From assembly GCA_951406725.2 (NCBI GenBank), contig OX597818.1:130014001-130078000 (forward strand): a stretch of DNA of 64,000 bases, written 5' to 3'. The translations under genes and the position numbers were made by a program. The notes beneath the pieces are model-generated. The model searched no databases, was not told where the DNA came from, and worked only from the letters and a program-made list of their open reading frames with translations. Shown here in pieces: positions 54,767 through 64,000 of this stretch; within the stretch, counting starts at the first letter, position 1, and every line of letters starts with the position of its first letter. Origin of the DNA: Octopus vulgaris. Taxonomy: Eukaryota.

Positions 54767-55156
54767 ACCGGGTGTTCTTAACTTGGTCAGTAGCAATTCC
54801 TTGGGGACATTTAAAGCCCAGTAAATGTCAAGGGAGTACTATAGAGAGTGTGCTCTTAGAAATTAAATACTTAAACCATGTACTTTACTTATATTTTAAA
54901 TTCATTTTGAAAAGTCTTTGTCAGGATTAGAGTATGAACAGGATATCATGTAATCAGTGAGCAGAAAAATAAATTACAATGTGCCAACTACCAATATTAT
55001 TTCATTATAGAAGGTCTCTTTAGTAATTTTTATAGAAATTTAACAGAGAGGGCACTGGTCTCTGTAAATATTTAAAAAGGGACACATTTAGAGTAGAATA
55101 ACATAAGATATATAATAAACTGCTGAGAGAAATTAGATTCTACTTGATTAAAATAT

Positions 55157-55214
<58 letters not shown>

Positions 55215-55318
55215 GAAATGAGGTAATCAGAAGATCGGATGGTTCATATTTATAGATATTTATTTATATATTACATTTTTTACATATATATATCATATCA
55301 TTCAGATCATATCATTCA

Positions 55319-55360
55319 GATTATTAGCGCTTTCTCCCATTCCAGTGGGGTTTTCAAATC
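55319..55360 (-). ncRNA. Hammerhead-like motif with a U3-A8 core in a ~155-bp element (55211-55366) between (TA)n tracts
   Basis: Minus: gat-TTGAAAA-cccca ctggaa tggga-GAAA-gcgc-TA-ataatc; palindromic AGCGCT. Confidence 0.45.
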
Positions 55361-55401
55361 AAATCATATATATATATGTGTGTGTGTGTGTGCGTGTGTG
55401 T

Positions 55402-55711
55402 GGAGGCGCAATGGCCCAGTGGTTAGGGCAGCGGACTCGCGGTTGTAGGATCGCAGTTTCGGTTCCCAGATCGGGAGTTGTGAGTGTTTATTGAGCAAAA
55501 ACACCTAAAGCTCCACGAAGCTCCGGCAGTGGGTGGTGGCAATCTCTGCTGTAATCTTTCGCCACAACTTTCTCTCACTCTTTCTTCTGTTGGCCTGCTC
55601 GCTTAGCCAGTGGGTTGGCGTCATTTGAAGGCTAAAACAATACGAAGTGCATTGTGACCAGCGATGTGTAGCAACATCTGATAGCCTGGTTGGTCACGGT
55701 GATCACGGTGA
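55402..55711 (+). mobile_element. SINE with a family D head and a different 3' body
   Basis: GGAGGCGCAATGGCCCAGTGGTTAGGG...; departs from 47024-47413 after CTTTCTCTCACTCTT; ends (TCACGGTGA)2. Confidence 0.85.
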
Positions 55712-55853
55712 TATATATATGTATATGCAAATAAGAGAGGTGGGTATTTGTAAAACAGAATTTAATGTAAGGGAGTGGGAAAACACTGGTTTAGATGTCT
55801 GACATTCTCCACATACAATTCTTCAGATTATGACAGATAAAGAAACTAAAGTT

Positions 55854-55884
<31 letters not shown>

Positions 55885-56010
55885 CTGTCATACATTCATC
55901 AACTTGTAAACTGGTTTCCATTTTGACTTACGTAAAAATGGTAGTTCCTACATGCATGTACACACACACAAATTCATACATACATACATACATACATACA
56001 TATACATACA

Positions 56011-56056
<46 letters not shown>

Positions 56057-56187
56057 CATATAGGAAGAAAATCCTCAAAAAAGCAAAAGATGAAGACAGG
56101 TGGTGTAGATAACAAATAGATCAAATAGATGTATTAGTTTAACGCTAGGGAAGTGAAAAAATCTTTAACGTTTTGAGATATATGCTA

Positions 56188-56463
<276 letters not shown>

Positions 56464-56507
56464 AATATAGTATTATTGGATACTCAGGAAGGAATGGAAG
56501 AAAGAGG

Positions 56508-56542
56508 GTCTAACGTTTCGAGCGGAGCTCTTCGTCGGAAAC
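56508..56542 (-). ncRNA. Minimal hammerhead motif (second copy of the 49455 family) in element 56461-56612
   Basis: Minus: gttt-CCGACGA-a-gagc tcc gctc-GAAA-cgtt-agac; palindromic AACGTT; directly follows a long (TA)n. Confidence 0.6.
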
Positions 56543-57099
56543 ATAGAAGAAAAGATCCAGAGAAGGGCAGACAGAGGAAAAAAAATCGCCAACGGTACAC
56601 ACGTAGTCACATTTTTATATATATATATATATGTATGAGTGGGTGTGTTTGTGTATGTGTGTTTATGTCTACCCCCACCACACACACACACAAATACACT
56701 GCTTGACAATCGGTGTTGGTTTATTTATGTCCCCCATAACAACATTAGCAGTCCAACAAAAGAAGACTGATAAAATACGAACCAGGCTTTAAAAACTAAG
56801 TACCGGGGGTTTGATGATTTGTTCGATAAAACCCTTCGAGGCAAGTGCTTACCCCCCCTCCTCCTCCTCCCAGCACAGCTGCAGTCCAATAACTGAAACA
56901 AGGAAAACGTAAATGATTCTAGTTTTTAAGATCAGAGGGATAAGGAAAAGCTGAGGACCAGGTTTTTTTTTTTTCTCATTTACTTCCACTTTTTTTCCTA
57001 TAAGCATGCTTTAACTGTGTGTCTGTGTGTCTGTGTGTTCACTCCACAGCAGAACATGCTGCCAATAATAAGAAGTAATGTGATTGACAGAACAGGAAA

Positions 57100-58110
57100 G
57101 AGGTGGTGGTGGTGGTAGTGATGATAGTGGTGGTGGAGGTGGTGCTGACGATGTCGGTGATGAATATAGTGGTGGTGCTGGTGATGGTGAGCTGGCAGAA
57201 TCGTTAGCACGCCGGGCGAAATGCTTAGTGGTATTTCGTCTGCTACTACGTTCTGGGTTCAAATTCCGCCAAGGTCGACTTTGCCTTTCATCCTTTCGGG
57301 GGTCGATAAATTAAGTACCAGTCACGCACTGGGGTCGATATAATTGACTTAATCCGTTTGTCTGTCCTTGTTTATCCCCTCTGTGTTTAGCCCCTTGTGG
57401 GTAGTAAAGAAATAGGTAGTGGTAGTGATGATAGTGGTGGTGTAGGTGGTGCTGACGATGGCAGTGGTGGGGATGAATATAGTGGTGGTGCTGGTGATGG
57501 TGATGGTGGTGTGTAGTGATGATAGTGGTGGTGGAGGTGGTGCTGACGATGGCGGTGGTGGGGGATGAATATAGTGGTGGTGCTGGTGATGGTGGTAGTG
57601 ATGATAGTGGTGGTGGAGGTGGTACTGATGATGGCGGTGGTGGGGATGAATATAGTGGTGGTGCTGGTGATGGTGGTAGTGGTAGTGATGATAGTGGTGG
57701 TGGAGGTGGTGCTGACGATGGCGGTGGTGGTGGGGATAAATATAGTGGTGGTGCTGGTGATGGTGGTAGTGGTAGTGATGATAGTGGTGGTGGAGGTGGT
57801 GCTGACGATGGCGGTGGTGGTGGGGAATGAATATAGTGGTGGTGCTGGTGATGGTGGTAGTGGTAGTGATGATAGTGTTGGTGGAGGTGGTGCTGACGAT
57901 GGTGGTGGTGGGGGATGAATATAGTGGTGGTGCTGGTGATGGTGGTAGTGGTAGTGATGATAGTGGTGGTGGAGGTGGTGCTGACGATGAAAGTATTGGA
58001 AGTGATGGTATATCGATGGTGGTAGTTGTGGTCATTGTGATGGTGGTGGTGGTGGTGGTGATGTCAGTGGTGGTGCTGGTGATGGTGGCAGTGGTAGTGA
58101 TGATAGTGGA
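57100..58110. repeat. GGT-rich minisatellite, unit about 80-92 bp
   Basis: Marker GATGAATATAGTGGTGGTGCTGGTGATGG...GGAGGTGGTGCTGACGATG repeated about 7 times. Confidence 0.9.
57187..57415 (+). mobile_element. SINE family B inserted in the minisatellite
   Basis: GGTGAGCTGGCAGAATCGTTAGCACG...GTAGTAAAGAAATAG. Confidence 0.92.
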
Positions 58111-58474
58111 GGTGGAAATGTGTTGCTGTATTTTCGTCTGCCGTTACATTCTGAGTTCAGATGGTGGTGGTGGTGGTGATGGTGGTGTCTTGGTCATCCT
58201 TTCAGGAAGATCGATAAATTAAGTGATGGTATATCGATGTGGTACTCACTGGGGTCGTGGTGGTGGTGGTGATATAATCAACTTAATCCATTTGTCTGTC
58301 CTCAAATCTGTGTTTCATCCTTTCAGGGTCGATAAATTAAGTACAGTTACTCACGGGGTCGATATAATCAACTTAATCCGTTTGTCTGTCCTCTCTGTGT
58401 TTAGCCCCTTGTGGGTAGTAAAGAAATAGGTATTGGTGATGGTGTTAGTACTATTAGTGAACTTATGAACCCCA

Positions 58475-58789
58475 GTGCTTATTATTTTTTTTTTTCTTTG
58501 TAACGCCTGACAATCTATCAGTCCCTTTTACAGAACTGCTAACTTATGGGGCCATAAACTCAACACTGGTTGTCAAGCGGTTTTGGGGGACAAACTCAAA
58601 TACAAAAGCACACGCACATACTTATAACAGACCTCTTTCAGTTTGTGGCTACGAAATCCACTCACAAGGCTTTGGTCAGTTTGAGATTATAGTAGAAGAC
58701 ACTTGCCCAAGGTGCCACACAGTGGGACTGAACCTGGAACCATGTGGTTGAGAAGCAAACTTCTTACCTCGCAGCCACGCCTTCACCTA
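58475..58789 (-). mobile_element. SINE family A, degraded
   Basis: AGTAGAAGACACTTGCCCAAGGTGCCACACAGTGGGACTGAACC. Confidence 0.8.
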
Positions 58790-59013
58790 TGTATGCGCGT
58801 GTGTGTGTGTGTATAATACATACATTAAAATGGAATTCAAAGAGACTGGTGGTGGGTCTGCATCAACAAGATTTGAAGTATTTTGAAAAACTGACAAAAT
58901 GCGTGAGATTGCCATGATTTAGAGCTGAATACTCTAATGACTAAGCTATGTGCCTTCTCTCACATACACAAACACGAACATACTAACACATGTTTATATA
59001 CATATAAACATGT

Positions 59014-59174
59014 TGGCTGTGTAGTAAGTAGCTTGCTAACCAACCACATGGTTCCGGGTTCAGTCCCACTGCGTGGCATCTTGGGCAAGTGTCTTCTGCT
59101 ATAGCCTCGGGCCGACCAATGCCTTGTGAGTGGATTTGGTAGACGGAAACTGAAAGAAGCCTGTCGTATATATG

Positions 59175-59207
<33 letters not shown>

Positions 59208-59415
59208 ATGTCTGTGTTTGTCCCCCTAGCATTGCTTGACAACCGATGCTGGTGTGTTTACGTCCCCGTCACTTAGCGGTTCGGCAAAAGAGACCGATAG
59301 AATAAGTACTGGGCTTAAAAAGAATAAGTCCCAGGGTCGATTTGCTCGACTAAAGGCGGTGCTCCAGCATGGCCGCAATCAAATGACTGAAACAAGTAAA
59401 AGAATAAAAGAAAAG
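59014..59415 (+). mobile_element. SINE family A, young, near full length
   Basis: Complete body and tail. Confidence 0.95.
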
Positions 59416-59589
59416 AATATGTACACGATAGGCTTCTTTCAGTTTCTTTCTTTCCACTTATCAAATCCACTTACAATGTTTGGTTGGCCTGAAGTTATAG
59501 TAGAAGACACATGCCCAAGGTATCACAAAGTGGTACTAAATCTCAAACATAGATGTCAGGTAAATCTTAATCACAGGGCCAGATCAACA

Positions 59590-59846
59590 ACTATGATATA
59601 TTGAGTGAGTGAGAGAGAGAGAAAGAGAGAGAGAGAGAGAAAGATAGAAAGAGAGTGACTATGATATATTGAGTGAGTGAGAGAGAGAGAGTGAGAGGGA
59701 GAGAAAGAGAGTGACTATGATATATTGAATGAGTGAGAGTGAGAGAGAGGGAGTGAGAGAAAGAGAGTGACTATGATATATTGAGTGAGTGAGAGAGAGA
59801 GAGAGAGAGTGAGAGAAAGAGAGTGACTATGATATATTGAGTGAGT

Positions 59847-59877
<31 letters not shown>

Positions 59878-60008
59878 AGAGAGTGACTATGATATATTGA
59901 GTGAGTGAGAGAGAGAGAGAGAGAGTGAGAGAGAAAGAGAGTGACTATGATATATTGAATGAGTGAGAGAGAGAGAGTGAGAGAAAGAGATGGGGAGAGA
60001 GAGAGAGC
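59590..60008. repeat. Minisatellite: ACTATGATATATTGAGTGAGT plus variable (GA)n, 7 units of about 55-68 bp
   Basis: Direct inspection. Confidence 0.92.
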
Positions 60009-60024
60009 TTACTTTTAGTTTCAA

Positions 60025-60290
60025 TCTACCACTTATTTAAAAAAAAAAAACTTCCTTCCCGAGTCACATAGATACATAGGGCCAGCTTCCTGGTTTTCAT
60101 TGTATATATATTCCATACCTGGACAGGACACGGGTCCATCACAAGATTACTCATTTTTGCCAGCTGAGTGGACTGGAGCAACGTGAAATGAAGTGTTTTG
60201 TTCAAGAACACAACACATCACCCGGTCCAGGAATCAAAGTCAAAATCTTCTGATTATGAGTCGAACACCCTAACCACTGAACCACACATC
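60025..60290 (-). mobile_element. SINE family E head (CORE-like) with a third type of 3' body, degraded
   Basis: ACTCATTTTTGCCAGCTGAGTGGACTGGAGCAACGTGAAATGAAGTG is the reverse complement of about 36792-36840. Confidence 0.8.
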
Positions 60291-60461
60291 TCCATTCCAC
60301 TTTTATTTACAAAGCATTGGTCAGCCCAAGTCCATAATACACTTGCTGCAAATCGTCAAGCTGCGAGAGTGGACTGGAAACCATAAGGCTGCACAATGGG
60401 AACCTCTCAGCTGCATAGCTATGCTGGCATTGCCACCACACCTATATACATATACAAAAAA

Positions 60462-60691
60462 GGCGGCGAGCTGGCAGACACGTTAGCACACCGGGCGAAA
60501 TGCGTAGCCATATTTCGTCGGCCGTTACGTTCCGAGTTCAAATTCCGCCAAGGTCGACTTTGCCTTTCATCCTTTCGGGGTCGATAAATTAAGTACCAGT
60601 TTCGCACTGGGGGTCGATGTAATCGACTTAATCCCTTTGTCTGTCCTTGTTTGTCCCCTCTATGTTTAGCCCCTTGTGGGTAGTAAAGAAA
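60462..60691 (+). mobile_element. SINE family B, full length and young
   Basis: GGCGGCGAGCTGGCAG...GAGTTCAAATTCC...CATCCTTTCGGGGTCGATAAATTAAGTACCAG...GTAGTAAAGAAAT. Confidence 0.95.
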
Positions 60692-60769
60692 TATATATAC
60701 ATATACACAAAAATATGTGTGTATATATGTAGGGTTTGTGATGCACACAAGAGATATAAAACTCAGCAG

Positions 60770-61053
60770 TATTCTGTTGTGTCTGGGGAGGGTCATTTTC
60801 TTTTTGTGCCTTATAATGTAACACACTCACTGGTAAAATTTCCACTTATTTCTTGTTTTTATTTTCCTAAAATTTTCGTTGCATCTTGCACGCAACGAAA
60901 GTTTTAGGAAAATAAAAATAAGAATTAAGTGGAAATTTTACCAGTGAGTGTGTTACATTATAAGGCACAAAAAGAAAATGACCCTCCCCAGACACAACAG
61001 AATATTCTTTAACACACGAACTCACATAAAGAATTTTGCAAACCAAATCCTAA

Positions 61054-61089
<36 letters not shown>

Positions 61090-61330
61090 TGTTGTGTCTG
61101 GGGAGAGTAATTTTCTTTTTGTGCCTTATAATGTAACACACTCACTGGTAAAATTTCGACTTATTTCTTATTTTTATTTTCCTAAAATTTTCGTTGCATC
61201 TTGCAACCTTTTCAATAGTCTTGACTCTGTTCGACACAACAGAAAATAACTCTCCCCAGACACAACAGAATATGCTTCAACACACGAACTCATATAAAGA
61301 ATCTTGCAAACCAAATCCAGAAACGAAATA
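60770..61330. mobile_element. Four partial copies of a Penelope-like repeat in alternating orientation, including a 113-bp-arm palindrome
   Basis: Arms 60770-60882 and 60892-61004 (3 mismatches), (TA)n at about 61057-61088, further copies about 61089-61226 and 61233-61325. Confidence 0.75.
61182..61218 (-). ncRNA. Hammerhead-like motif with a U3-A8 core
   Basis: Minus: cta-TTGAAAA-g-gttgca aga tgcaac-GAAA-attt-tag; perfect 6-bp stem II; palindromic AAATTT. Confidence 0.5.
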
Positions 61331-62919
61331 CTCAGCAGTATATTTTTCTTTTATTTAGCTGTAAAGTTATATAAGTGACTTTCCAACAAAGTAATATAAA
61401 AAAATAATATGCACACACACAGAGTCTTTGAGAGGATGTTGGGTTAAGGAATAAAACCTTCATTGCAGTGAAAATATTAACTATGTTGAAATGAAGTTTA
61501 CTTCTTGATATTGCTTTTTGAATAACTATATATACTCGACAATCTTATCAACAGAAATATAGTTGGTTTTCAAATAAATTAAACTAAAAGAAAATAAGTT
61601 TAGCAAGAAGTAATCTGAAATTCTTGTCGACTATCAAAGAATCTGCATTACTGGTGAAGATGAAGAGTTTTATTCAAACCTGTTTTCTGCTTGCACACCT
61701 AGAATAGGCAACCATTTAACCATTTTACTCAATATTTGATCAAAAGTGCATATTATGTTTTCATTTCTTGTCCCAACAAAAGCACATTTACGAAGCTTTT
61801 GGTCAAATGCTGACAAACTTTCAATACTTAATCAATCTGAATAAATAAAATTAGTAGAGACAGCATTGCAAAAGCTTATACAATTCAATGACATTGGTTT
61901 TACCAATTCACTCCAGCCTCCATACACAAACACTGCACAGTAATAATAACACAGCAAAGGCTGAAGTCATTTAATTGAAGACAAATAAACAAATAAAGAA
62001 AGAAAGAAAGAACTAGATAAAAGCATTAGATTCTTACAGGAACGAAATAGATTTGAAACTAGCATGATGTAACTTGATGTGTATATGTGTCACCATCAAT
62101 TAGACTACATCCAAGTTACTGATTCAATTACCATGAACTAGCTGTAATCTGTGATTAGCTTAAGATAGAAAATAAGGCTTTAATCTATAAATGATGTTTA
62201 TAACTTACTTCAAGGCTTTATGTAACAATACAGGACTGATAAGCTTCATATACATTACTGCTGGATGTTGTTGTAGTTAACAGTGGTGAAAAGACATTAA
62301 AAGCTTTATACAATACTACTATATAGAACTGATCGGCTTCTCTTTACCATAAATAAGATCGTTTTTAAAGTTTCTTTTCCTATGTTGGTGTGGGTTAGAA
62401 TTCTCTACAGCTTCCTCGGGCAATTGTTTTGATCCAGTATCATTAGTTTTTAATCGTATCTTTTTGCCAAGAGGAAAGGGTAATGGTCATGACCCTTTAT
62501 CTCAGACCTCTGAGATTGATGGAAAAGAAGGATGGATGGAGGGACTCTAACCCCACAAACTGGGAACCAGACCTGAATGCTTGCAATAGAGTAGGCTTTT
62601 ATGAAAGCCCCCACCCCATGGATCAGGTGGGAGTGTTAAACATGGGTGGTAGACTAAGTCTACAACCCAAGTAGGCTATGATAGGTTTTGAACTTGAAAT
62701 GCAATGCATTAGAATGAGTACTACAATGTTTCCAGTGGGGTGTTTTTACAGTCTTGCCAATCCAACAGACCGCAGTGAGATTTGAACTTGGAGTGCAGAG
62801 GGTTAGAACAAATAGTGTGCACTACTCTATCTGATGCTGTAGCAACTGCCAATTTAAGGGTTGTGAATTGAAAGAGTTGTTTACACGTCACTCATGAGGT
62901 CCGACATCCAGAGATCTGT

Positions 62920-63337
62920 TTCTCTTTTACTTGTTTCAGTCATTTGACAGTGGCCATGCTGGAGCACCACCTTTAGTCAAGCAAATTGTCCTCAGGACTT
63001 ATTCTTTGTAAGCCTTGAAAGGTTTTAGATGAACAAATTGACCCCAGGACTTATTTTAAACCTAGTACTTATTCTATTGGTCTCTTTTGCTGAACCGCTA
63101 AGTTATGGGGATGTAAACACACCAGCATTGGTTGTCAAGCAATATTGGGGGACAAACACGGGCATACAAACACACACATATATACACATACATATACATA
63201 CATATGACGGGCTTTTTTCAGTTTCAGTTTACCAAATCCACTCACACGGCTTTGGTCAGCCCGAGGCTATAGTAGAAGGCATGCCCAAGTTGCCATGCAG
63301 TGGGACTGAACCCGGAACCGTGTGGTTGGTAAGCAAG
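62920..63337 (-). mobile_element. SINE family A with an internal duplication
   Basis: Tail at left; CAAATTG...CAGGACTTATT present twice (about 62982-63003 and 63034-63055). Confidence 0.9.
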
Positions 63338-64000
63338 TCTACTCTTTATAATTAACTTGTGCTTAAATAAGATCTTAGCATTACTTGTCACCTGATCCAA
63401 ACAACAAAGGGTTTAGGGATCTGAGTTTGTTGTTTATGAGATCAGAAAAATAACAGATAGTGTTACTATCCAATTCGCAAAATATTTTTGACAGGGGCTG
63501 TGAGGAAAACTCTTATATGCAAGATTTTCTTCTCTTGTATCAAGAATAAATGGAGGAGGAGGAGGAAGGGGAAGAGGATTACGGTGGTGGTAATGATGTT
63601 GATAATGATGCTGTTGATGGTGCTGGTGGAGGGGGTGTTAATGATGAGGCATTTATGATGGTGGTGGTGATAATAATAATGCTGATGATGATGAAGATGA
63701 CGGTGGTGATGATGATATACAATGAGTGAGGAACAGGAAAGGACTATGAACAAGATTGCAACCAAGAAACTATAAACTAAAATACATGGTGTGAAGCGGA
63801 CATTCCAAACATCCAGAGTGAGTGGATGTAGGAATAAATTCACAATTACTATTAATTTATAATAGCATCCTTTACAGTCCAACCTACACCAAGAAGTTAT
63901 TAACTGAATTTTCTTACCCCTTACCCACACTATTTTTAAGGAAACACTACAATCAAGGGTCATTCACACATTTAGTAAAACCATAATATAATAGTTTCTT

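Noticed and set aside
57349-58222. Gly/Asp/Ser-rich or His/Pro-rich repetitive ORFs resembling structural proteins
   Set aside because: Unit lengths break frame, a SINE interrupts the array and no splice or start context is evident
59590-60008. Regularly spaced ~21-bp repeats resembling a CRISPR array
   Set aside because: The spacers are variable (GA)n rather than unique sequence, the context is eukaryotic and there are no cas genes; this is a minisatellite

Overview
This is an AT-rich eukaryotic window saturated with microsatellites and transposon debris. I found no protein-coding gene I can support; nearly all listed ORFs are translations of (TA)n, (CA)n, (GA)n or trinucleotide repeats. 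The repeat make-up (several tRNA-headed SINE families, one with an internal (TA)n/(TG)n tract, plus extreme microsatellite density) suggests an octopus intron or intergenic region, which is my inference. Contents: five short retroposon families (labelled A-E here, more than 40 copies, several with target-site duplications), fragments of a CR1-like LINE and two RTE-like LINEs, a Tc1/mariner transposase remnant, TTAA-flanked piggyBac-type MITEs (one nested in another), a mariner-type MITE amplified into a ~186-bp tandem array, and several minisatellites. The most interesting signal is about ten short (150-400 bp), otherwise dissimilar elements lodged in or beside (TA)n tracts. Each carries a minimal type-I hammerhead-ribozyme motif: stem I, YUGANRA core, stem II, GAAA, a palindromic mini stem III, then NUH. 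Two show a C3-G8 to U3-A8 compensatory core, and several form long fold-back palindromes. This points to a diverse set of microsatellite-targeting, ribozyme-bearing Penelope-like or retrozyme-like elements. Coordinates were read by eye; ends of degraded repeats are approximate.
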